Source: a virus (Duplodnaviria > Caudoviricetes). From it: a stretch of DNA of 48,870 bases. The stretch spans positions 1 through 48,870 of IMG/VR virus record IMGVR_UViG_3300038674_000465; one strand, written 5' to 3'. The notes under the pieces were generated by a model that made no database searches, had not been told where the DNA came from, and saw only the letters and a program-made list of their open reading frames with translations. The position numbers and the translations under genes were made by a program. Of this stretch, positions 19,576 to 27,702 are shown piece after piece (positions within the stretch are counted from its first letter, which is position 1; each line of letters begins with the position of its first letter).

Positions 19576-19982
19576 AATTCCTCCTTCTCTGCGGCCTCGA
19601 TGGCCTTTCCTATTTTATCTAATATTTTAATTATCTTATCTTGATCAACAATTCCACTAACAATATATACTTCAGCTTCTTCCAACGCCTCCAGCATCTG
19701 AGCCTTAACAGGATCGGGCTGTGACTTTCCTCCTCTTATCGCCTCGGCACGAGCGAGTAAATATTTGGATTTTTTATACATACTTATTTGTCTCTCTTCG
19801 TTGGCATGTTCTTTTATAACTTCTATAAATTCAATCATCTCCTCAACCAGCTTGTCACGCTCAGCAAGGGCGGCGAGGTGGTCATCATATTTCACATATT
19901 GGCCATAATCATTTACAGCCATATCTAAAAATCCTTCGTCGCCTGATATGGCAACAAATTCTAATTCATATCTTTTTATCAT
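19572..19982 (-). CDS. hypothetical protein
   Basis: AGGAGG RBS; GQYVKYDDH and MLEALEEA phage-type patterns. Confidence 0.7.
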   Translation of the reverse strand: MIKRYELEFVAISGDEGFLDMAVNDYGQYVKYDDHLAALAERDKLVEEMIEFIEVIKEHANEERQISMYKKSKYLLARAEAIRGGKSQPDPVKAQMLEALEEAEVYIVSGIVDQDKIIKILDKIGKAIEAAEKEEL

Positions 19983-20012
19983 AACTTCCTCCTAAATTTA
20001 TTCAGATTTATT

Positions 20013-20106
20013 TGCGAGAGGCAGGATTCGAACCTGCACGGGCTTTACTGCTACTGCGTGAGTCCAAGCTTACGTTCTTTGTGTCTACCAATTCCGCCAC
20101 TCTCAC
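20013..20106 (-). tRNA. tRNA-Leu-like RNA with non-canonical anticodon arm (possible pseudo-tRNA)
   Basis: Acceptor GTGAGAG/CTCTCGC, D-arm TGGCGGAATTGGTAGACAC, T-arm GCAGG-TTCGAAT-CCTGC; the anticodon stem does not pair canonically. Confidence 0.65.
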
Positions 20107-20118
20107 TTATTATGTTTA

Positions 20119-20859
20119 TTAGTAACGCTCCTTTATCGAACGAAGATACCGGTAAGGTTCATGATCCTTAGGATTTGTTACTACATTCTCTATCCAATCT
20201 CTCCAAGTCTTCTCTCCAAGATGAGTAGGCTTTACTACATGACAATAAGTATATTGAGTAAATAGATATTTTATCTGTCTTGTAATCCAGATTGCTGGTG
20301 TTTTTCTGAAAGGAAGATGTGGTACTGGATCATTTTTATACCAGAAAAGAATTGTCTTTACTCCCAATTCATTATAAGCTTTTTTGAATGCACGATTCCC
20401 AATCCTAGGCATTCCCTCTCCTACACAATAGACGATATTTGTATTGATAGAAGATTTCATCATCTTTACCACAATAGGTGCAATTCCTCCTCCTTTAGAA
20501 TGACCAGCTATAACAACAGGTCCTCTATGCTTAGCTAGAACTTTGATCATATCAGAATATCCAAGATATGCTTCATTATAAAGACCTTCATGAACTTTAA
20601 CTCCTCTACCCCATTGAGGAACTTTTATCTGTTTATAATATAGATTATATACCCAACCCATCTTGTTGTGAGTTCCTTCTATGATAATAAAGAGATAAAT
20701 ATCATAATAACATTCAAACCACCTGAGTGTTCCATTAACATGTTCTATTACTTTGGTAAAGCATTTTACTACATCTCCATGTCTACCATCATATGAATTA
20801 ACACAACCCTGTGAAGCTATTTTATAGATTTGATCATCTGTTAACATAACATCCTCCAT
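20119..20859 (-). CDS. class 3 lipase (alpha/beta hydrolase)
   Basis: IIEGT, VHEG, GHSKGG nucleophile elbow, PRIGN, NDPVPHLP, C-terminal DH. Confidence 0.85.
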   Translation of the reverse strand: MEDVMLTDDQIYKIASQGCVNSYDGRHGDVVKCFTKVIEHVNGTLRWFECYYDIYLFIIIEGTHNKMGWVYNLYYKQIKVPQWGRGVKVHEGLYNEAYLGYSDMIKVLAKHRGPVVIAGHSKGGGIAPIVVKMMKSSINTNIVYCVGEGMPRIGNRAFKKAYNELGVKTILFWYKNDPVPHLPFRKTPAIWITRQIKYLFTQYTYCHVVKPTHLGEKTWRDWIENVVTNPKDHEPYRYLRSIKERY

Positions 20860-20875
20860 ATACAGATAAAGCTGG

Positions 20876-20995
20876 TTAATACCAGCCTATTTTTTTTCTA
20901 TTCTGTTGTATTTCTTTATGAATGTCGGGATGTCTACCCTTATAATCAAGATAGAAAAAAACCACCAACAACACTATAACGCATATCGCATCCAT
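20876..20995 (-). CDS. small membrane protein (39 aa)
   Basis: Not in track. MDAICVIVLLVVFFYLDYKGRHPDIHKEIQQNRKKIGWY; GGAGG RBS at 21001-21005. Confidence 0.5.
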   Translation of the reverse strand: MDAICVIVLLVVFFYLDYKGRHPDIHKEIQQNRKKIGWY

Positions 20996-20996
20996 T

Positions 20997-21608
20997 TCAT
21001 CCTCCAAATATCTCTGGTAATATCTTCATAAATTCACCTTTGAGAGGAATCATAACCCTCATCATATCAGGATGAGCACCACCGGCACACCTCTCTGAAA
21101 AAATGTGAATCCATTCTCTTAAATTTGCAGTAATAACAATTTCTGTCTTTAGATCATTAGGCAAAATTCCCCTTGATGCTTGTGCCGGTAGACCCAAATC
21201 AAGCATGTCATAATATGTAACTTCTGCTCTAGCCATCGCTTTATACCATAACTCTTCTGCTTCATTGTCTCCCATATCAAACCAATATGGCTTAATAAAT
21301 TGTATATCGCCATTATATTTTACATATCGAGTAGATTCTTGTGAAAAAGATGCTATTCGATGCCTGACCAATTCATGTGTGAAGCCCCTATTATGGATGA
21401 ATCTTACTGAAACGCTAATATGTTCAATAACAGATAAATGCTTATTTCTTATTACCTTAGCAACAAACTGTGATGCGGACTGATTTGTAATATTACCTTC
21501 TGATTTATAACAGACTCTTCCAATCTTCTCTATTCTCTGTAAAATAATATTCCTAATTTCATTATTGAAAGGAGCTTCAAATTCAAATGAAGGTTCTATA
21601 ATTTTCAT
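20997..21608 (-). CDS. thyX: FAD-dependent thymidylate synthase
   Basis: RHRIASFSQESTRY signature, HLSVIEH, NLREW. Confidence 0.95.
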   Translation of the reverse strand: MKIIEPSFEFEAPFNNEIRNIILQRIEKIGRVCYKSEGNITNQSASQFVAKVIRNKHLSVIEHISVSVRFIHNRGFTHELVRHRIASFSQESTRYVKYNGDIQFIKPYWFDMGDNEAEELWYKAMARAEVTYYDMLDLGLPAQASRGILPNDLKTEIVITANLREWIHIFSERCAGGAHPDMMRVMIPLKGEFMKILPEIFGG

Positions 21609-21943
21609 AATACATTCGTCCTTATTAAATGTTCAACCTGATCCCAGCCTTGAAATGGTGGGAATCCTCTATCATCAAAATAGAGATCTGCAACCACTTT
21701 ATTAGCTCCCAAATTTTCATATTGACATATGTTTGAATTTATACTATCTGGTTTAAAGTTTCTTTCCAATAACCAATTTTTTGCCTCTTCTAAGAGAATA
21801 TTATCACGACAAGTCCATAATATAATTTTATGTCCCCTAGCTTGTAATCTTTTCATTACATCAATAGATGTTTCTCTTTCAGGTCCAATAGAAGGAAATG
21901 CATCTTCTACTATTGTACCATCAAAATCAATAGCAATTATCAT
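21605..21943 (-). CDS. HAD-superfamily capless hydrolase
   Basis: IAIDFDGTI, LWTCR, K...DLYFDDR. Confidence 0.85.
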   Translation of the reverse strand: MIIAIDFDGTIVEDAFPSIGPERETSIDVMKRLQARGHKIILWTCRDNILLEEAKNWLLERNFKPDSINSNICQYENLGANKVVADLYFDDRGFPPFQGWDQVEHLIRTNVL

Positions 21944-22134
21944 TGTTCTTCCTGAAATAAGTCCTTCAATGTTGAATTTGCATTAATAACCATTGTCGGG
22001 ATTAATATTTTTTCTCCAGAAAAAAATCTTACCACAATACCATCCCTATGCGGATAGTAATCAATATCATGACCCTGTGATTTTTTTTGTATCTGTTCTA
22101 AATATTTATAAGATCTTTCCAACAAAGTCTGCAT
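21940..22134 (-). CDS. hypothetical protein
   Basis: GAGG RBS; ATGA coupling to the HAD gene. Confidence 0.55.
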   Translation of the reverse strand: MQTLLERSYKYLEQIQKKSQGHDIDYYPHRDGIVVRFFSGEKILIPTMVINANSTLKDLFQEEQ

Positions 22135-22262
22135 TTTATATTCCTCTTATATGAATTTGCCATGGTTATTACGCCCCATGGCTGGCGATCATCGATCCAA
22201 GGACTAGATCTTTGATAGAAGAGATAAGATTGTTTTTTCTACTAGACCGCCAAAGGCCGGTC

Positions 22263-22343
22263 ATTTGTGAGGCAAGGATTTGCACCTCTACAAGCTCATG
22301 CTCCCCACTCCCACCGGTCTATTCCCGATTGTCAATCACAAAT
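22263..22343 (-). ncRNA. tRNA-like structured element
   Basis: 8-bp closing stem ATTTGTGA/TCACAAAT enclosing two hairpins and a T-arm-like GAGG-TGCAAAT-CCTT. Confidence 0.4.
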
Positions 22344-22392
22344 TAAATATTATGTCGTCTTATTTCATCCGATCTCCTATTTAATTCCGTTT

Positions 22393-22770
22393 TTATTCTT
22401 TTACATCCAAAGGATGTTTTTTGCTCATCAATTTTTCTAAATCCTTCCTAAGTTGTTTTTTCTCTTCAGGATTCATTTGCTCTACATGTTCCATAAGAAA
22501 TTTATGTTGTGCTTCCTGCTTCTGCTTTTTTACTTCATCCGGAGTCAACATCAAAATATCAAGATCAGGCATTAACTCCGCATAACTTTCTATTTCTAGT
22601 GGTGGATTTATCTCATCAAATCCCCATTTATCAACTACAGCATAACCATAAAATTTATTCGTTGCTTTCCATATTGTGTCCACTATGATTCTGGTGATGA
22701 GATTATACATTTCCCATCGATCATCTTTTTCTATTACAGCATATTCTTCTTTTATTGCTATCAATTTCAT
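22393..22770 (-). CDS. hypothetical protein, candidate immunity protein for the MuF extension
   Basis: TAATG translational coupling to the MuF gene. Confidence 0.5.
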   Translation of the reverse strand: MKLIAIKEEYAVIEKDDRWEMYNLITRIIVDTIWKATNKFYGYAVVDKWGFDEINPPLEIESYAELMPDLDILMLTPDEVKKQKQEAQHKFLMEHVEQMNPEEKKQLRKDLEKLMSKKHPLDVKE

Positions 22771-25370
22771 TAGTCTACCTTCTTATAAGTGAATTTTGAG
22801 GTTCGCATCCATTTTGATCCATCTGCTCTTTCCTCTATTCCACCTATTTCAACCTTAGTGGTTCTTTTTGTCCGGGTCTTTCCAGACTTTGGTTCTGTGA
22901 TTCTCTTACCATCCTTGTCGGACAATGCCCACGTGTACTTAGAGGTCTTTACTTTGTATGTTGTTATATATGAACTAGTTGCTGGATCCCATGTCCTTAT
23001 TGCTTTAACAGTCTTTGGTGGTTCAGATAACGCCGATTCCCTCTTGGCTAATTTCTCCTCATGTTTTTTTGCTTCCTCTTCTACATGAACAAGCCTTTCA
23101 TCTTTCTTTTTAGGATCATAAAGTACTGTACCATCTGGTTTCTTCAATTCCCACCCATACTTATCAGCCATTTTACGCCATGAATTCTTCATATTAGAAG
23201 ACATTCTATTCCATTCCTTCCCTGACAAAGCAACACCAGCGACATCCTTGTCAAGTTGAACCTGACCCATAATCTGACATTCAAGATAAGTATAACCATC
23301 ATTTACACGTCTAAATGTATCAACATTTATCCCAAGATGAGATACCCTTGATTTATCCAAAATTTGATGTGCATTTCCTTTAGTAAAAGACCCTTGAGTA
23401 CCAGAACTATTACCAATCGTAAATGTACAACGATCTTTTACTTCATCTTTAAGAATAAAAGTACTAAGACCATACTGACTACCAGCACCCCTCTCAAAAG
23501 ATTGTGGAGCACCTATCATTGCATAGGAAGGCCGTTCTCCCTTATCTAAGGATTCAAATAATCCTCTGCCTTTTTTTCTGTTACTATAATCTATAACAGC
23601 ATGTTCCCACCCACTTCTAGCTGATACTGATATAGACCCATGACCTGTGCCGGTTTCATGCAAATTTTTAGTTCTACCAGAAGCCAACAATTTTTCTCCA
23701 ATTTCATCAGCGTGGAAACGATATGTGATAGGATGATCATTAACAAAATTGTTTACTTTATTAACATAGCTTTCTGCATCTTTTTTATCAACAAAATTCC
23801 TTCTAAATGCAGTTGTTTTAGACAATGCATCTATAGTCTGTTTTACAGTCTGTCGTGGTGTATTATTTTTTAATATATTATTGGTTTTTTTAGCAAAATC
23901 TTCCGACCAATAATCTCTTGTACCAAAATCCTTATCAACATAAGATGGATGTTCAGCTGTGTCTTCTTCTACTATAAGTTTTAATCTAGCTAGTGGATCT
24001 CTTTCATATAAATCTCTTGTTCTCATCTCTGCAGGAGTTTTCCCTGAAGGTAAAGGATCTAATGTATAATAAGTAGAAAAGAATTCACCCATACTAGATG
24101 GTGAATCATCATATACGTCTTTTAATCCATCTTCTCTAAGTTTATCCCATATAGAAGAAGATCTTACAGAAGAGAGAAAATCTTTCATCTCTTCTGTTGA
24201 AGTAGTTTTACTTTTTTCATCTTTAGGTGATGTTTCTTCTTTTGTTTCTTCTTTATATTTACTGGGACTAACCAATTCCCATTCACCACTTTCAGTACGT
24301 TTTACTGTATATCTATCTTTTATAAATGATTCAATCCCATCTGAAGTAGTAGCATATTCAGCAAACAGACCATCGTCTCTTACCATTTTCAACATATCAG
24401 AAAATGTCATAAAACTCAATTTGTCTTTTAAAGCTTCTGCCTTTTCTTTAGTATGATCCTCTTCAGGTTCATCTTCTTTAGGCTTTGATCCATCAAGTAC
24501 AAATTTACCAAGAGATTCACTATACGTATGAGGCTTACCCCATATAAGCATCTTATCACCTTCTTTATGAGGTTTCTTATCCTTTTCTACCAAGAAATCT
24601 GTCATGCTCTTTGTTACTGGAATCTGACTAGTTAAATATCTTATTTCACACTGACAATTAATGACTTCTTCTGGTGGTAGATTTTCTGCATGGGGATGGT
24701 CTGCATAATAAGTAGTGCCGGTCCTTTCATTTTTAAGGACAAACTGTTCATTGTATTTAATCTTGGTTTTGTCTAAATAACGATGATGCTCCCTTGGTTT
24801 ATATCCCCTATATGGCTTACTATTATGTATCCATTCCTTAACCAACACAATATCAGGATTGACCTTCTGGAATCTATCCATATATTGATGCTTCACTGTA
24901 CTCACTACAGACCTGATTTCTGTTCTGGCTATTGTTGCTACATTAGCTGGTATTCCTATTGATGGATCTTTTTTTGTATATGATTGGAAAGTATCTCTGA
25001 TTTTCTGCTCAAACTCAATGATCAAATCTTCTTTAAGTTTTCCTCTAGTAGTAAAATATGTAGGCTGGCTTAATACCTGTCGTAAATCCTTTGTTAGTTT
25101 ATCCCTTAAATTATCAGCCATCAATGCCCCACGATCTGCACCTTTGCGGATAAATATTGATTGTTTAGGAAGGACCTGTGTTACATCAGGCATAATAATC
25201 TGAGAAGGGATTTTTTTACTTGTGAATTTGATATCTCTAACCAGCAACCTGCCAATAGCCCTTGCTGAAGCTTGTGTATTATGACCTATAATCTGCCTCA
25301 TCAATTCACGATAATTTTCACCTTCCCACCCGTATCTTTTCTTGATACGGTCTAGATGCATTTTTGCCAT
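22770..25370 (-). CDS. MuF / gp7-like head morphogenesis protein with long C-terminal extension (DUF3626-like domain)
   Basis: IARTE...KEWIH...REHH...LPPEEVINCQC MuF motifs; later KNLHETGTGHG, ERPSY, QYG, RCTFT.GNS, YLECQIMG. Confidence 0.8.
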   Translation of the reverse strand: MAKMHLDRIKKRYGWEGENYRELMRQIIGHNTQASARAIGRLLVRDIKFTSKKIPSQIIMPDVTQVLPKQSIFIRKGADRGALMADNLRDKLTKDLRQVLSQPTYFTTRGKLKEDLIIEFEQKIRDTFQSYTKKDPSIGIPANVATIARTEIRSVVSTVKHQYMDRFQKVNPDIVLVKEWIHNSKPYRGYKPREHHRYLDKTKIKYNEQFVLKNERTGTTYYADHPHAENLPPEEVINCQCEIRYLTSQIPVTKSMTDFLVEKDKKPHKEGDKMLIWGKPHTYSESLGKFVLDGSKPKEDEPEEDHTKEKAEALKDKLSFMTFSDMLKMVRDDGLFAEYATTSDGIESFIKDRYTVKRTESGEWELVSPSKYKEETKEETSPKDEKSKTTSTEEMKDFLSSVRSSSIWDKLREDGLKDVYDDSPSSMGEFFSTYYTLDPLPSGKTPAEMRTRDLYERDPLARLKLIVEEDTAEHPSYVDKDFGTRDYWSEDFAKKTNNILKNNTPRQTVKQTIDALSKTTAFRRNFVDKKDAESYVNKVNNFVNDHPITYRFHADEIGEKLLASGRTKNLHETGTGHGSISVSARSGWEHAVIDYSNRKKGRGLFESLDKGERPSYAMIGAPQSFERGAGSQYGLSTFILKDEVKDRCTFTIGNSSGTQGSFTKGNAHQILDKSRVSHLGINVDTFRRVNDGYTYLECQIMGQVQLDKDVAGVALSGKEWNRMSSNMKNSWRKMADKYGWELKKPDGTVLYDPKKKDERLVHVEEEAKKHEEKLAKRESALSEPPKTVKAIRTWDPATSSYITTYKVKTSKYTWALSDKDGKRITEPKSGKTRTKRTTKVEIGGIEERADGSKWMRTSKFTYKKVD

Positions 25371-25966
25371 TATTCAACTCCAGACTCTTTCAATTTGGTA
25401 TAATAAGATGGATTTTCTGCTAGATGATCCCTTGCAATCTTCTCTGCCATTTCCCTATCATCAGTATGCTCTAATTCTGTTTCGATTCCCATGGCAAGTT
25501 CATTAGGATCGGTATTAGGATCTTCTGTTCCTCCTGAAACACCACCACTTATGATATCAGATAACACACCATATACATATGTCTCCAATTCAGCAGGATC
25601 CATATTAAGTCTTTGTGCAAGTTCATGCATTTGATTGTCTTTAGGTCTTGGGTTCTTTTTGAAGAAACTGATGATTTCTGCTTTTATAGCCTTATCAGCT
25701 GAAATCTCCTTATAAAGTTTTCGTACCAGAGATTTTCTTATAGTTCTGAGTTTATTCAGGATTTCAGATTTCTCCAGACTTTTCCTTGACAGACCTACTT
25801 CTGACATAGCTATGGCAAGAGCCTGATCTTTATCAGTTACTATCTTACCATCTTTAGATTTAAGCTTCCCTGCTTTAAATTCTTCCATTACATGAGCTAC
25901 TTTGTCTTTACCAGTTAAAGACTTCCTCACGCCAGCCTGTTTTTTTGTTTTCTTCTTATTTGCCAT
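25370..25966 (-). CDS. DUF6496-like plus DUF5661-like fusion, putative head protein
   Basis: KVAHVMEEFKAGKLKS...QALAIAMSE and ELAMGIETELEHT...IARDHLAENPSYYTKL. Confidence 0.75.
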   Translation of the reverse strand: MANKKKTKKQAGVRKSLTGKDKVAHVMEEFKAGKLKSKDGKIVTDKDQALAIAMSEVGLSRKSLEKSEILNKLRTIRKSLVRKLYKEISADKAIKAEIISFFKKNPRPKDNQMHELAQRLNMDPAELETYVYGVLSDIISGGVSGGTEDPNTDPNELAMGIETELEHTDDREMAEKIARDHLAENPSYYTKLKESGVE

Positions 25967-25974
25967 GTTATCAC

Positions 25975-26154
25975 CTATACCAGTAATTTTGATATTTCAT
26001 TTATAATGACATCCGGATTTTTATCCTTATTGTCATCTAATACCTTTAATACATCTTCCTCAAGAAGCTTAAAAAATGCAACCAGATCCAATTCCATATC
26101 ACTTGATATCTGGTCTATTTCAGCATCTTTGAACTTTGGAAATTCTATAATCAC
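25975..26154 (-). CDS. small acidic hypothetical protein (59 aa)
   Basis: Not in track. GTG start overlapping the portal TGA; MIIEFPKFKDAEIDQISSDMELDLVAFFKLLEEDVLKVLDD... Confidence 0.6.
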   Translation of the reverse strand: MIIEFPKFKDAEIDQISSDMELDLVAFFKLLEEDVLKVLDDNKDKNPDVIINEISKLLV

Positions 26155-27692
26155 ATTCCACCACCTATACCCATTGGATTCTGCCCCTGATCAGGTCCTT
26201 GTCCTTGAGATGGTTGTCCTCCTCCCTGAGGTTTATCAAATTGAGGATCATTAAAAGGATCTTCATTAAGGTCCTTGACTCTGATTTCATTGACAGAATA
26301 AAGACCTGTTTTAATTTTCTTATCCATAAGTTCCATTTCTTCCATTTCAGACTTAGAAGCTACAAACTCAAGTTTATAACCAGTTCCAAATCTATAAGGT
26401 AGAATATCAAAATTCCAACAAGTTTCCAGAATCTGGACTATTGGTAATACACCATTAGAATGATAAATCTGCTCCTGCGATTCAGAAGTTGAACGGCCAG
26501 AAGTATTTTCACTTCCAGCTAAGCCCATTTCCATTGGAGTTGCCTGAAATACTATACCCACTTCTTCCCTGATGTCTTTCTGCCTCTGCATCTGAGTGGT
26601 CATTGTATTTTCCCTTGTAAGGTCCACCACTTGAACAGTAGAACCAGCAAATGTCATAATAGCTCCCTTCTTTGGAGTATTTACCTTTTGTTCTATTCTC
26701 TTCTGCTCATCTTCATTTACTGGAATCATGAATTCTTTATCAGTATTACCAAATGGCGATGGATTTGCTACTATTACCATCTTTTCTGGCATCTTAGTTC
26801 CATCCGCTTGATCTGCCATCAGTTTATCAAATAAAAGACTCTCTGATATCTTATTAATCAGAGCCTCTAGAGGAATAAATCCATGACTTCTAGCTGTTGA
26901 TGGAATATAATTATAATAAGCTAATTCATTGGCAAACATGATCTGTGGCTGATAGCCCAACATGATCTGTACATATCCTTGTATTCCACCAACAAATTTA
27001 TTCTTCAGTGGCATAATAGTACCACCCGGCAATGTATAAACATTTTCTATCTTATTACCAACTATTTCCTTATAGACAGACATCGCACCATGGATCATAA
27101 GATCAAAGATCATTTTCTTTGTTATATCAGTAAACTTATCATTTATATTAGGTTGCATAACCCAATCTTTAATCCATTCACATCTGTCTGTAGTCTGTGA
27201 TTGAATCTTCCTTTTCCATCTGAGTAGAGCTTTATCAAAATTAGACAAATCTGGCAAGACATCAACCAATGTAAGTTGGATTTCCTGTATCAATTTATGT
27301 CTTGCTACTTGATAAGTCATATCTTTTATTTTTTCATATTCATCACAAACTTGTTTTATAGTCTTTAATTTGTTATATATTTTATCTTCATTCTGTTTAT
27401 CTGATACAATGTTCCATTCCATACCAGATATCTTATTCATTCGTGATGTGACAACAGAAAAGACTGGTGAACATAACCTATATATTGAAATTCTTTCTTC
27501 AAGAGAGAGATAAAATATTGGTTGTTCATAATAACCAGTAAGCATCTCTCCACTTTTGGCTTTTCCTGAAATACCCATGAGTTGAGACATCGTATAAACT
27601 TGATATCCTCTACCCTCATCTTTCTTGTCTGAATTAATACCACCTGTTACATTTGACATACTTATGGTTTCATTAACTTCTGCTATACTCAT
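26151..27692 (-). CDS. portal protein
   Basis: After TerL; PN...F, DLMIHG, HGFIPLE, FQATPMEMG, SVNEIR motifs. Confidence 0.9.
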   Translation of the reverse strand: MSIAEVNETISMSNVTGGINSDKKDEGRGYQVYTMSQLMGISGKAKSGEMLTGYYEQPIFYLSLEERISIYRLCSPVFSVVTSRMNKISGMEWNIVSDKQNEDKIYNKLKTIKQVCDEYEKIKDMTYQVARHKLIQEIQLTLVDVLPDLSNFDKALLRWKRKIQSQTTDRCEWIKDWVMQPNINDKFTDITKKMIFDLMIHGAMSVYKEIVGNKIENVYTLPGGTIMPLKNKFVGGIQGYVQIMLGYQPQIMFANELAYYNYIPSTARSHGFIPLEALINKISESLLFDKLMADQADGTKMPEKMVIVANPSPFGNTDKEFMIPVNEDEQKRIEQKVNTPKKGAIMTFAGSTVQVVDLTRENTMTTQMQRQKDIREEVGIVFQATPMEMGLAGSENTSGRSTSESQEQIYHSNGVLPIVQILETCWNFDILPYRFGTGYKLEFVASKSEMEEMELMDKKIKTGLYSVNEIRVKDLNEDPFNDPQFDKPQGGGQPSQGQGPDQGQNPMGIGGGM

Positions 27693-27702
27693 AATTCACT
27701 CC

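Noticed and set aside
22330-22335. TTGACA as a -35 promoter element
   Set aside because: No -10 hexamer at a suitable spacing
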